Assembly (NCBI RefSeq): GCF_024521635.1
Contig: NW_026250429.1
Location: forward strand, 434,001 to 498,000
Origin: Tricharina praecox
Taxonomy: Eukaryota
Length of the DNA: 64,000 nucleotides
Direction: 5' to 3'
The notes beneath the pieces are model-generated. The model was not told the DNA's origin, ran no database searches, and saw only the letters and a program-made list of their open reading frames with translations. The position numbers and the translations under genes were made by a program. Shown in pieces: positions 23,251-37,170 of the stretch. Position 1 is the stretch's first letter. Every line of letters begins with the position of its first letter.

Positions 23251-26200
23251 GGTGCAGAAGATGACGATGACGCAGGACGCAGGCAGAGCAGAGCAGGACA
23301 GAGCAGGACAGGACAGAAGGCATGGGATATATGGGCCGTTCGGTTCCGCCTCGAGCTTTCGGTATGTACATACGGACGGACAGCCAGGTCTCAGACTTTC
23401 AGTCCGACGGCGGCGACCGACAGCGGCAGACCGGTCGGGCGGTCAATCTCCAGCCGCAACCATGGCCACGTCCTTCCCTGGGTACTTCCTCGCAATCAGA
23501 CAATGCACGGAAGCCTGAGGGGAAGCATGCAAGCAGGGAAGGGGCGCGGGAGGGACGGGAAGGTCGGAAGGAAGGATGGAAGGTAGAGGGAAGGAAGGAT
23601 GGAAGGTAGAAGGAAGGGAGGACGAAGGAAGGAAGGAAGGACGGAAGAAGGCGTCTATGTTGTGGATACGCATCGGTACGTGATAAAGGCACCACTACTC
23701 TACTATACACGAGCACTTACCTGATACATGTGTGATGATGATGATGATCGTATGCTAGTATGCGCCAAAGTGCCTTCATTCATTCATGCTCGCCCCACCT
23801 GCCGAATCGTCTGGAACGGATAATTACCTACTCGAGTGAGCATGCATACGTACTTGCCAGTTTCCCCATGTACTACGTACATACTAATGTTTTGTGGATA
23901 TATAAGGTAGATATCATCATCGTCGTCGTTCGAGTCCTATGTAGGTACCGTCCCAGCTTCACTTTGAAGTTCGTCCCATCTACGGGTCTACTCCCTTAGG
24001 TACCTTCCTACCATACTCTACCTGCTCCGTCAGAGATACGGATGCGTTCGCAACCGGACCAGTAGGCGGTCAGCCCACGGTCAGCAGCAGCTGCTGTTAC
24101 TGCTGGTGGAAATGCAACGCCCCGGTCATTAACCTTCACCACGGCATAACGAGAGCAGTCGTGGACAGAATTATAGAGTAGTACCAGGTACTTGTTACTT
24201 GTTACCTAGTAGAGGATACCTGAGCGTGCACACACACACATGCTCACACACGCACCCACTCCGGGCGGAACTACTTGCCTAGCATATCTACCTGAGCACA
24301 CACACACACTTTCTCTCTCTCTTTCTCTTCAGGCGGACGGACGGATGCGTACCTACTGGAGTTACGGTCGATATCATATCATGGCAAGGGTGCCTCATGG
24401 GGTACGGACGGCCATGGGCACATCACACACACGGGGGGCAAGGATGCAGTCTGTGGGTAGAGTTTGTATGTACCTAGCGGATGGGTCCCCACGGTTCGAG
24501 TTCCAGTGAGACGGACCAGGTGAGACATCGCCCATGCAAACCAGAGCAGATATGTTAAGCCCGAACCGCACCGCACCGTACCGCACCGCGCTGCACTGGA
24601 CGCAGGCAACCTTGCGCTGCAGCCTGCAGACAGGCAGTGGTGGCATAGAATCGCATAGCATAGGCTCGCCCCTAGGTCGCGGGGCCGTCACTCGATTGCT
24701 ATCCTCCTTCTCCTCCTCCTCGTCTTCCTCTTCCCTCGATGGGATCGATCTGCGCATTGCCTGCCTGCCCTGGCCCGCCGCCCCCGCCTACACGGGTTTT
24801 ATGTGTGTGTGTGGTGTGTGGTGTGTGGTGTCTGCGTCTGCGTAAACGGCAACGGCAATCACAAGCCTACGGTAACCAAGCAGGTGGTGGTTGCTAGTAG
24901 AGTAGAGTACCGAAGTGATCTCAATTCGGTGCACAGAGTCGCACAGTCAGTCATGGACCAAACGCCCCGTCCGAAATCCCCTATTATTCGATCGTGATCC
25001 TGATCCTGATCCTGCCTATTATTATATCCCCCTCCCCACCCCCCCCCCACCCCCCACCCCCCACTGCTGCCCCCAGTCGTTCGTGCCATGCCTCGTCGGC
25101 AGTATTTGCGCCTCCAGCTTCCCTCCTGCCTCCTCCCCCCCAGCCCTTTCCCGCACCCATAGCTCTCTAGAGATCCAGATATCCTATCAATCGTCCGAAC
25201 TCATCTTGGCCCCATCTCAGGCCTGCAACCTGCTACTCGCTACTCGCTACCTACTTGCTGCTTTGAGCCCGTTGGCGAACCATCCGCATAAAGATTCCCG
25301 GTCACCCACCACTACATCCACCACCTCCACCACCACCACCATTACCACCACCAACAACAACACCCCTCACCACCTCCTTCACCATCACCTCCACCACCAT
25401 CACTACCAACACCTCCAACACAACCACCCCCCACCATCGCGGCCACCACCGCAGCAGTAACTCGCAGGAAAAAAAAGAAATTCCGACGTCTGCTGCTGCT
25501 GCCGATGTGCCCCATCGCAGCGGCGGCGGCGGTCCAGCCGTGCAGCAATCCGTATATCTCTTTTCCGTATCCCGGATAGAGTGGATGTGCGAATGAGCAA
25601 TGTCGCGCCCTTTCATAAACAGCCAGATTTCAAGTATCCCCATCCCATCCAACCCCGTTGTCTCATTTCTTCGAGACCTGCGCCGGCCCGGTCTTCCCCC
25701 TCTGATTAACTTGCTCCCCCCTCCCCCCCTCCCCTCCATTTCTTTGATATTGTTTGTTTCCCACGGCTGTTCCATCGAGGCCACACATACACACATGCAT
25801 ACATACTTTAAGTACTTGCTCACTCTGACGAACGACAATATTGCAATCACGTTCGTTCGGTGCGTGAGCTTTCTCTGTCCTCCTTCCCGCACTCGTCAGC
25901 AGCGGCAGCAGCAAACGTTAACCTTCGCCATGTCTCTCAGTTCCCGCTTCCGGTTCCCGTGGAACGGACGGGAATCGTACGCTTGTTCGCCCGTCACAAA
26001 ATCTCTCCTGCTTCTGAGCAAGGACAGGGCTGGTTAGGAAAGGATAAAAAATACCTACCCTGAAGGAAGAAGATTCACACAAAAAGAAAAGAAAAAAAAA
26101 AGGGAAAATTTCTTCACGCTTCATGATCAAACGTTACGATGACCGGCGGCGATTCAGGCTTTTCCGATCGTCCGTACGTTCGTTCGTTCGCTCTTTCGTT

Positions 26201-27738
26201 CGTTCGCTCTTTCGTTCGTTCGCTCTCAACTGCGCCCGCCGGCGCCGGGGTAGGCATCGTGCTTCCTTCTGCGTGGCAGTACGGGCGTGTACGAGTACAT
26301 ACATCTGCAGTAGAGTAGGTACTTTCTGCTCCTACTGGCTGTACCATATCTTGGCCACGCCGCCACGGCCATCATCACAACAACCCCGGTGGCGCAGGTC
26401 CTCTCCCGACGAATCTCCTGGCGGACTGGACTCGAGGCCTGACACCGGATAGGTATCGTCTTTTCACCCGTGGCCACACCAGCACCAGCAGCAACACCAG
26501 CAGCACCACTGCCACTGCCATCGGTCAGACTGGAGCATCCGAGCAAGCATGCTCGATATGTCTCGAGTTGCAGCGATGGCCGGTACGTGGGGCACAGCAG
26601 TTGGACAAGGTTGAGTGGACGTATGTATGTACAGCCACCACCACCACCACCACCGCCGACCGAGTTTCGCTGGTTGGATCACATGCACCGACAGCCCATC
26701 ACATCCAGCGCTCAACGGCGGGTTCCCTGTCGATCCAGAAGGAGTGCGTTCCATGGTTCCGACCAAGCCGCAAATCATAAAGTATCGACAAGTCACCCAA
26801 TTTCAGTGGCCCCGGTCGATTGGCTGGGAATTTTCCCAGTACTCTACCCTACGGTGGTTGTAGGGTAGTTGGAGCACATTCGGACCCGCTCTGTTTGAAG
26901 CAACGCACTTTGGCAGTACTGGCTTGCTGGCTGACTGGCTGGCTCGCTGACTGGCACCATGGCCGCAGGAAAAGATTCTAGTAGCTGGGCGTCGGCGGCG
27001 GCGAACACCGAGTCAACAACCATAACCCGCATGATTGCGCTGTGGCTTCTTCTCCTTCTCCTTCTTCTTCTTCTTCTTCTTCTTCTTCTTCTTCTGCTTC
27101 ATCTGCAAAGATGAGTGTCATCGCTGCTAGGAGGAGGTGGCTAGGTATGTACCTATTGCGTGGTGCATCATGTAGGTGGGGTCTGCGTGGCTGGCTGGTT
27201 GATGACTGGCTGACTGACTGGCTGACTGACTGACTGAGTGGCTGGCTGGCTTGCTGGCTGGCCGGTACGTACACGCTCGTGCATCGGACTGATATGTACG
27301 AGTACACGGCAGCACCAGTAGCCTGCCTGGCTGTCCTATCGTTATGTGCAGCAGCTGCCGCCCGGTTGTCCGATCAGCGCGGCTTTCCGCACAGAGAAAG
27401 TCACGTATGTACTTACACAGGTACATGCCCGCGCAGAACGAAAAACAGAGTTTCCCGTAACACTGCAACTGCAACCGCAACCGTGCCACCGGGCGGAAGG
27501 TTATGCGCATGGCCCGGACCATGCTGCGAACTCTCTCTCTGTCTTTTTTTACTTTCTTTTTTTTCTTTTCGGCTGCCGCCCAGTGCCACCTACACCGACG
27601 GCATCCTTCCTCCCGATCCAACGTCACGTCGTCGTATGTCTCTCGGACGCTGATTCTCGCCCACCCGCGATAGCCCAAAGGCTAATAAAAGAGTGTACAT
27701 ACCTACCTCATACCCACATACATACGGCTGCCGCCTGC

Positions 27739-27776
<38 letters not shown>

Positions 27777-30700
27777 TGCCTCTACATATACACACGCAAG
27801 AAGGCTGGGCTGTCGGCAGTTGGAACCTTCTCCCCGGGTAGCTAGGGAGCGGCTTTGCTGGCAAGTTTGCAGCAGAAGCACCAGCAGCAGCAGGAACTAT
27901 ACTCGCCTACATACATCCTCACCACCCAGCACAACCCACAACCAGCAAAACTAGCACAACCAACACAACAATGCGCGCCGCTGGCTGGTGTGGTGCTGCT
28001 GCTGGTGGTGCTGGTGCTGGTGGTGCTGGTGTCTGCTCCCTCGCACTCCGTTGGGGCGGCCACTACATATAGCATACCGTAGTAAAAGCACGCTGTTTGC
28101 GCGCACATACGGTATGAGGGTGGACACCGGCCGGCCAATGTGCTCTGTCGCCCCCCATCCCCTTCCTCCCCGAGACCGACCGTTGGAGGACAGGGGAATG
28201 GAGGGAACGGGGGTGGGAACGGGGGATGTTCGAATCGTATCATTGGGTTCGTTAGCGGCTCCGATACGATGCGATAAAGTATCCGTAGTGTGCTTACATA
28301 GTTACCATAGCTAAGTTACCATAACATCCATAACATACTACCTATAGCTACATACGCTCTTGGTTACCTCCATGTTGGACACGTTATGAGCACGAGGTTG
28401 CGTTCAGCCACAGGCGTCACAGGCGTGCGCGGTGGGCTGGTTCATTCCATCCTTTCCATCCAGATTCCATTCCATCCATCCCAGCTGTCATTGGCTGCCC
28501 CATTCGAGCGCATGGTGCGTATGGTGCGGCGCGTCCGTCTGTGCTGGCGGAGAAAGCAGCGTGGAGTAAAGTCCCCCGGCGCACCAACTGCGTATGTGAG
28601 CATACATAGCCCGGCGTTCATTATTCATCCGCATCCCCTCGTGATTCGTGATTCGTGATTCATGATTCATGAAACTTATTCTCGTCCGTAGATAGAGACT
28701 CGAACTCTACTCTATCCGAAGCACTGCAGGCGGCCTGGGTAATCAATTATCAATTATCAATCAGTCAATCAATCAATCAGTCAATCGATGGATCAATTAA
28801 TAGCCGTGGCACCGTCGTGTTGGAACTTGGAACAACCTTTTTATTTGGAGAGTCCGTCGTCGAAAAGAAAAAGAATAGATGAAGAAGAAAACAAAAGAAG
28901 AAGAAAAACATCGTCTAGCTCCCCCATCACGCCCGCTAACCAAGTAAGAAGCAAGTAATATCGTGATCCTCGATCCTCGTTCGCCTACACACGACCTCAA
29001 CTTACGATACTAGTTAGCTAGAGTAGAGTAGAGTTAAGTAGAGTTGAGTAGAAGAGCGCGTGCAACCGCAACACCGCCGCAACACCACCACAACACCATC
29101 ACCACAACGCCAACTCGATCGCCGACGCCGACGCCAGCGCCAACGCCAGCGCCAACGCCAAGAATCTGAGATTCAGATGCATCTGCATGCGTGCATGGGT
29201 GGGGGATCACGTTTATGTAGACTACCTATTTTACTATGTATGTTCCTAGATATGTCATAGAGTTTCTACTCCACCTACATATCGCGAGTAACATGAGCGA
29301 GAGCGAGAGCGATTACCTAGAGTTGAGTCGAGTGAACTTTGGAGTCGAGCAGAGTCGAGTCGAAGCTGTCCGTGGCCTATGGGCACTGGGAACTTCATTC
29401 GAACGCTCAATGCTCAATGCTCATGGCGACTCTTGAGCTGTGGTCGGCCCGGGGGGATGGGGATGGCGGTGGACTTGTGGCTTCCCGAGGGCGGAGATTG
29501 GTACCTTATGTGATGGTATGATGGTATACATATGATGGCATTCTCCCTCCCTCACTCTCTCCATCCCTCCTTCCTTCTCTCCCTCCACCGCAACAGAGGA
29601 TGATCAATTACCTATGCTACCGCTCCGAACTCCGAACTTTGAAGATATCGAATCGGACTGACGGACTGACTGACAGACTGATGGACGGGACGGACTGACG
29701 GACTGACGGACGGGACGGCCGGCTGTTCCCCGCTGGTACGATTGGTGCGATTCGTACCCAAATACCCAAGTACCGGTATACACCCGGCTCTTCCGTGCCG
29801 AAAACCCAACCGTGACGATATCGGTATCATCGAAAGCTAGGTGGGTACTCTGGGTATGGTATGATACCGGTACTCTAGGTACTCTACTCCACCGTGCCAA
29901 CTCTACTCCAGAACCAGCTCCAGATCCACCTCCAGCGCCGAAGCCGGTCAGTACCGTACACGGTATCGGTACTGGTACATATTGCGACATATCGATCGAC
30001 AGATGGATCCTTCGAAGTTCTGGCTTCAGCCACCGAGTGTGGTGCCAGACCCCTAACTGGCCTGACGGGTTCCCCCCGTCGATCTTTCGTATGTACTCTA
30101 CTATGTACCGTATGTACTGGTAGTATGTACCGCCAACGACCGTGCGGCATGCGACGTTCGGTGTACGGCGTGCGGTGTGCTTAAGGACTGGACTGCTGGA
30201 CTTCTGGACTGCTGGCAGTGGTGCGGCGGTGTCAGCCTCTAGCCTCTAGGTGCTAGGTGGGAGTCGTGTCGTGTCGTGGTGATGCGCTTGTCCGTGGATC
30301 TACGGTCTACCTACCTTCTCGCTCGGGAGTCAGCCCGTGACGCTGCGAGGCTGTGAAACAACACAACACAACACCAGACCGTCGCGGCCTTTTTCCTGAG
30401 CAACCAGAAACATCCGGATTCCGCAGGCCCGTTTACTATACCTCCGTCTCTCTCTCATTCTGTCTCTTTCCGAAGCGAAGCGAAATTCATCATCATCGTC
30501 ATAATCTACCACCCTCCCCCCGCCTCACGACTCAGTGCTCACGACCACATCCCGCCGCCTTGCCTTTCCATGCGTTGCGCTGTCATTGTCATCCTCGGAT
30601 CCTCCCTTCTTTTGGGGGAAATTTGTCACGAACCTCACTCTCACACCCTCACACCCTACCTCCTCTACCTACCCTACTCTACCGTACTCCACTTCACAGC

Positions 30701-33700
30701 AGTGAGACAGAAAACGTGGCAAGCCTGCCCCAGTGCCCCAGTGCCCCCCTTCCCCCGTACCTAGATACAGCATGGGCAAGGGCAAGGGCGGAGCATGGGC
30801 ATCGGCATGGAGCATGGAGCAAGGGTCTACTCTACGCGAATTCGATTCACTTCGGACACACTCCACGATTCAAGGGAGCGGTCGCGGTCATGGTCGCGTG
30901 GAGCGTTCCGCGTGGAGCCGGTGCGGGTGCGGATATATATCAGACTCGTGTTGCTGGCAGCCGTATGGAGTGCAGTGGAGTGGAGAGTGGTCGGCAAGGG
31001 AGTGGAGTGGGAGTGCAGTGGTCGGCAAGGGGAGTGGAGTGCCATAGACGCCGGCGCCGCGCGCGCACACGCACGTACTCTACGCACGCAAGCAAGCACT
31101 CATCCACTCTTCAGCGGCGACGGCGGCGGCGGCGAGGAGTTGCTATTGCTACCTATTGCAGATCCGGTGACGATGACGATGACGACATTTCGCCTTCTTT
31201 CGCCTTGTGTTTTTTTCTCTCCTCTTGCGTCTTTTTTTCTTCTTTTTTCCCCTCACTTCTCGCCCCTCGCCCCTCGTGGCCTCGCCACCTCCATCCCGGC
31301 TTTTCGTTCGGAAGGCCGTTGGCTGAACGGGGGGAGAAAATAAGGTATCCCCACAAATCGAATCGAATCGAATCGCCGTGGCGCTGGGTGATGGGTGAGC
31401 GCGACTGCGCGCGATTTCAGAAGAGCTACTAGAGTTAACCATGTAGGTGCTTGGATAGGTGCCTAACTTCTATGTGAGGTATCTATGGGATGTAATTGTA
31501 TGGTACCTGAGTACCTACTAACCACACGGCGATAGATACTGCGTGATACCAGAATAGAAGAGGCAGAAGTCTAGAAGAGGCCCCCATCCTCCATAGGGCG
31601 TTCCTGGCGGCAGCGGGCGGGAGCGGCAATCGGATCGGGATGCCCACCCGTGCGTCCGTCTATCCGTCTAACTAGCGGGGGGGCGCACAGGTCCAGTCCC
31701 GTCCAGTCCCGGCCAGGCCAGAACTCGGCCGACAATGTCGAAATATCTACATAGCCTTCGATTTGCTAACGCAGCAGCAGCAGCAGCTTTTTCTTCTTTT
31801 TTCCTTGCTTTCTTTTTTTCGGGTTTCTTTTTTCGGGTTTCTTCTAGCAGGCGTGCACACATCAAAGCCTGGGTAGAGTACCAAGGTGCTTGAGCAGATC
31901 TTTTATGCTCCGCCCCCCGAGCCGTCATATAGCCTCGTAAGTAATCGCCGCTCGGCACAGGCGCGGCCGCGGGGTGGTCACTGGTGGTCTAGATTCCACA
32001 TACATAGAAGCAGGCAAGCAAGCAAGCACGGCGATCAACACGCGTGCCGGCGATCACGGAGTGGGATGGAAGGTACATACATACACACAGCACTCTACAT
32101 AGACAGGATAGGTAGGGTAGGAGCGGAAGGCACCCGTTATGCATGAGATGCTGGTGATGACGCTGGTGATGCTGCTGCTGGTGGCGATGGGATGTCGAAT
32201 CTCGAATCTCGATACGCCACACACATCACACACGCACGGGTTTGCGAATCGTTTGGATCGTTTGGAGCCGGAATTGGAGCTGGAGGGAGGGACGCGGGGG
32301 GCTTTGGCCTGGCGTCAAAATCTAATCGGGCACATCGTCACATCGTCATATCGTCGCATCGAGGGCACACGCAGTGCTCACACACAGCTGTCAGGCGCAT
32401 GCCAGACTCCAGTGCATAGTGCATAGTAGGCACGGCGTTTGATCTACGCCCCCCCCCCCCCCCCCCCCGCGAGTCGCGACAATCGGAGCGCTCGATTCCG
32501 CCCGACGTCGATGATCGGCAGCCGACGAGTTCCTACCGGGGACTGGATATACTCTACATACCCCACACTCGACGCCGACAACGAGGATGGGGTTGAGGTT
32601 GCCAACGACTTTGGCTGGCCTGCCTGCCTGTCTGCCGGGCTACTTATTCTGCCGCCGGCGGCGATGGTGCTGGCGGTGGTGGTCCTGGAAGGTTGCTACA
32701 TACGTGGTGGACGGAGCATAGCGATACTCATTGTTTGGCTGTCGACCGCTACCTAGGCGACTGTAAATATGTCGGTCCCCGGTGCGAATGTTGCGTTGCG
32801 TTGAGGTGAACATTGAACAGGTGGCACTGGTGTGGGTGCGTGGTCGGCTCAGCCACAGCCACAGCACACTGCTGGAGAGAGCAGAGTGATCTGCAGCCTC
32901 TGGTTGGGTTGGGCTGGGCTGAGCTGCTTTGCTGCAAGGGCGGTGGGTCATCACCACCAGTCATCACCATCACCAGTGACCACCGCCGCAACCACCACCA
33001 CCACCAGCATCACCAGTGACCACCACCACCACCACCACCACCACCACCACCACCACCGCAACCACAACCACAACCGCATCGGATCGCCCTGCCTCCGCGG
33101 AACGTCTTACCTCGCACTGGGCTCTCGGATGTTTGTCTGCCATATATGCTGTCTGATATGTATGCTGTCTGATATGCTGCATGCGAGTGTACTGTACATG
33201 GATTGGGCCGGAATGTGGCTTGCCCTACGCAAACATTATTTCGAATTTTGCATTTTGGCCCCAACATTTTCTTGCACTCTCGAGACTCCAGACAGACGCA
33301 GTGAAACATCCCAGTGTCGCGTCCCACAGCACTGGCACGCGCCCCCCTCCCTCCCCCACCCTCATCCTCATCCGAGTCTCCGAGTCTCCGAGTCTCCGAC
33401 AGGACCGACCTTAAGTTAGGTTTTAACTAATCGCTGCATCGCTGCATCGCGGCATGCATGCATCGTTTATTTGCGTCCGTGCTCAATCCTCAATGCTCGT
33501 ACACCTCCCTGTTACGGATCACCTACCTGTGTCACTGTGTAGAGTAGGTTTACGGTTTGTTTACGGTTTGTTTTGTTTTTGTTTCCCCCCGCCACCAGGA
33601 CCCAGGTCGGAATCCGGATGGCTGCATGCGGACTCCGGAGAGAAGGTAAAAACTTTACTCTGCTCTACTCTGCACATTTCTGTGCCACGGGTCCACGATG

Positions 33701-35101
33701 ATACGATGATGCGATTGAGGAAAAGCGAGAAAAAAAGAAAAACAAAAAACAAAAAACAAAAGACAAACAAAAGAAACAAAAAGCCAAAAAAAAAATAAGG
33801 CCCCGTTCCACGCACAATGCACATCCGCTCGTGAGCTGCGGCTGGTCTGTACCAGTACTAGTAGTTTTTCTTTTTCCCCGACGCCGACGCCGAATGATGA
33901 CGCCGATGATGACAGCAGCAACAGAAGGCGGACGGCGGCGGCGGCGGGCGGCGAATACGGACCGCTTTCGGAAGTCCTCCGGAAGGAGTTACTACCGCTA
34001 CCATGCTTCGCGGCTTCATCTCGCCTTCACCGGAGCCTGGACAACCCACCGGCGAACAACCCACCGGCGAACACCCACGGTCCACCACGGCCCACCAGCA
34101 GACGGTCCACCCCACCCCACCCCACCCCACCCCATCCCATCCCATCCCATCCCACCCCACCAGACCCCACTCAGTCCCACCTATATAGAGGGCGGTTTAA
34201 GGCTGCCGCTGCTCTCGAAGGTACCGGTACCAGGAACACCGCGTCATGGGCTCGGAACACTCGTCTGGGGAAGCCCTACTCTTCCCCCCTCCCCCCCCCC
34301 TCCACCAGGTACCCCCGTAGGCCGTACCCACTCCGTCGGTACGCAGTGCGCGGTACTACTATACGCGAGTGCTAGACCGTGAATAACCCAGTGGCCAGCC
34401 CCGGGCTTCGGGGTCCGGGGATCATGCTTGCCCAACCGCCTGCCGACTGGGCGAGGATGGAGGAGTGGGGAGGGGGCGAGGAGGGAGCGAGGATGAGCCG
34501 ATAGACTGACTGAATGATTGACTGACTGACGGGTGCCGCATTGCCGGTTTCAGCCCCGTTTCGGAGTCGGGGAGATGGCCGGAGTGTATGTACTATAACA
34601 AGGCGGCTGGCCGGGGCAGCGGGATAATTGGCTCCGGGCGATGGGTGATGTCTCTAATCGAACTATATGTACCTAGGTAGAGTACCTAGGTAGAGTGGGT
34701 GGTTGGATTTCCGCATGTGAAATTTGAAGGAAGAAGCGAAATGATGGTTATCTGTCATGGTGGAGCACTCGGTCTGGCCTCTCTTGGTGGCGGTGGTGCT
34801 CCATCTATCCGCCAGGGTTCTAGATAGGCTGCATGCGAAATAAAACAGGAAGATCTCTCTCTCTATCCGCCAGGGTGGGCCGATTCTCGAGATTCTCGAG
34901 CCTCAAGACCTCTGACCGGTTATCACGAGCGTTTCCGCTGGGTCTCGGACCGTATCATATGCATGATCTCGGTCGGCCGGCTTTCGACCGGTCACTCATA
35001 ACCAGCACCGCAAACCCTCCATTTGACCGAGTACGGCACCTCTGACGGGGTGGGAGCATTTATACGGTAGATCAGATGTGGTTGGGACATGGTCGTACAT
35101 A

Positions 35102-35287
35102 CTGTATAGTCAAGGGGGGGGGGGGGGGTAGAAAATACGCTTGTTTCCCACAGGACGCATATTGATATCGTATAAGGGCATAAAAAATACGTATTTAGAC
35201 TGTACTGATACGATATCACTAGCATTTTCTTAAAGATACGTTAGCACTACAATTTGTTTTGCCCCCCTCCCCCCCTTGACTATACAG
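35102..35287. mobile_element. 186-bp MITE, TA target-site duplication (Tc1/mariner-type, non-autonomous)
   Basis: Terminal inverted repeats CTGTATAGTCAAGGGGGGG (19 bp perfect, ~30 bp imperfect), flanked by TA at 35100-35101 and 35288-35289; AT-rich non-coding interior. Confidence 0.88.
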
Positions 35288-35483
35288 TAGGTACCGCGGG
35301 GTAAGCACTATGCTCCCCGGATTATGACGTGAAATACCCACCCAGGTAGTTTGGTGAGCGATTTTACTTGTCATATCACTCGCGCGGAGTTGGTGAATAG
35401 AGGTGGGTAATATTCGATGTCGGTTGAATGAGCGTTTAGAGGCAGCGGTGGATCCGTGTTTACTTAGATAGGGTGCGTGAATG

Positions 35484-35988
35484 GGTAGCCCAGGACAGAA
35501 ACTTGCTGTTTTGAGGTGTCATTGACTGTCACGCGGTCTTGGAACTACTGAAAGAAATTGGATTGATGTTCTAGTATAACCATAACCGACACCGAATGGA
35601 GGGCGATGGAGCTTATGCCCTTCTCTCTAAATTCCCAAATCCACCCCTCAAATGTGGAATGAGATCCTCACGGCTGCCGGTAGCTTGGTACAAAGTGATC
35701 CTCGATGATTGACTAACAGGTAGCCCGGGACAGAAACTTGCTGCTTGGGGGAGAAGGAGCTGGGCGGGTCATGGACTGCCACCCGGTCTTGGAACTACCT
35801 TTTGAAAGAAATCGGGTTGATGTATAGGTGGCCATACCAAATAGAATTGAGGGTGAAGGAGCTTATGCTTCTCCAAATCTTAAGTCCACGCCTCCTCTAG
35901 AGAGCTGAATGAAAAATGTGGAACGAGAACGAGATCTTCACGGCTGCCAGTAGCTTAGTACAGAGTGATCCTCAATGATTGACTAACA
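35484..35988. repeat. Diverged tandem duplication (235 bp + 270 bp)
   Basis: Both copies run GGTAGCCCRGGACAGAAACTTGCTG ... GGTCTTGGAACTAC ... GGAGCTTATGC ... TCACGGCTGCCRGTAGCTT ... ATGATTGACTAACA; junction at 35718/35719. Confidence 0.9.
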
Positions 35989-36130
35989 TAATTACAAGCA
36001 AACAAAACGCCCACTACCATTCGATTCCCAGTACAAGATTCCAGCTCACTATATAGGAGTAAAAACAACCATCCATCCACCCAATTACAACCATACATCG
36101 TCCTCGTCCTCCCCCTTGCCTTCACAAGCT

Positions 36131-37170
36131 CTACCCCCACGGCGCCGGCAAGCTCCCCGCATACCCGCCATAGGCGCCCACGCCGTCGCCCGCGGGAAAC
36201 GCTCCAACACCACAGAAGCAAGCGCAGCTGCAGGCGCCGGCGTTCGGCTGATTATTCCATCCGGGGGCGATCATGGTGGCGGTAGGTTGGGCGATGAGGG
36301 CGACCGAGGTGGTGGACGCCGGTGGGGCATTGCCGTTGTCGACGGTCAGCGTTACTGGCACCGACGCTGGGGGCGGTGCAGTGGTCGCTGCGGCATCGGT
36401 GCCGTTTTGCGCGATCGCCTTGTCTTTGAACGCTACGAAACTCTTCTCGGCTGTCGGGTTGATCGCGAAGACCATGCCCTTGCCGCAGTGCGTGCCGGTG
36501 CGTTGTCGGCAGTACCACCCTGTTTTTTTTCCCGTCAGTCTCACACACTCCGGATCACTTTAGCAATGGGGTGGGTGGCTTACAGGTCGCATCCGTCGTG
36601 CCGACGGCATACTCGAACGTGGGCGCAGTTGCGGCATCGGACTCCGCATTTGGGATGAACCCGCTGTCGACTCCGCCCACCATCCGCACACACGGCGTGT
36701 CGAATGTGCTCTGCGTTACCGTGTGGTTCTTCATGAGCATGACGAACTTCACCACGTCGCCGACGGCGGCGGTGACTTCGGAAGGATCGTAGACCAGGCC
36801 TGCGGTGCCGCCGACTACAACCTGAGATCGGTGTTAGCGGGGTGAACAAATCCGGAAGGAGAGGGTTGAGGGTGGGGGGAAGTACGGTGTGTGTGGCCGC
36901 CGCTGCGACGGCGGCCTCGGCGGTTGTGGTGTGAACCATCGCCGCCGTGGTGGTCATAATGTTTTCCTCGGCGGACTCCATTGCCATGACGGTTGTCATG
37001 ACGTGTGCGGCCGGAGCGGTGACGGTTACGACGGAGTGGACCATTGCTGGTGGGGTCACGACGGAGTGGACCATTACCGGCGGGGCCACGACTGACTCCG
37101 CCATCATCGGGTGCTCTGCCCATACTCCGGCGGCAGCGGAGAGGAGGAACGATATGGTTGTGAACTTCAT
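36131..37170 (-). CDS. Secreted cupredoxin-fold protein (fungal extracellular serine-rich family). Exons 37170-36886, 36821-36584, 36519-36131
   Basis: Signal peptide MKFTTISFLLSAAAGVWA; THTVVVGG...AAVGDVVKF...KNHTVTQSTFDTPC...DSGF...WWYCRQRTGTHCGKGMVFAINP; C-terminal CSCACFCG motif; two canonical introns. Confidence 0.9.

Noticed and set aside
20700..35000. Dozens of 60-360 aa ORFs (e.g. 30353-31432, 21394-21867)
   Set aside because: SSR-derived composition, overlapping on both strands, mostly non-ATG starts, no splice-consistent model.
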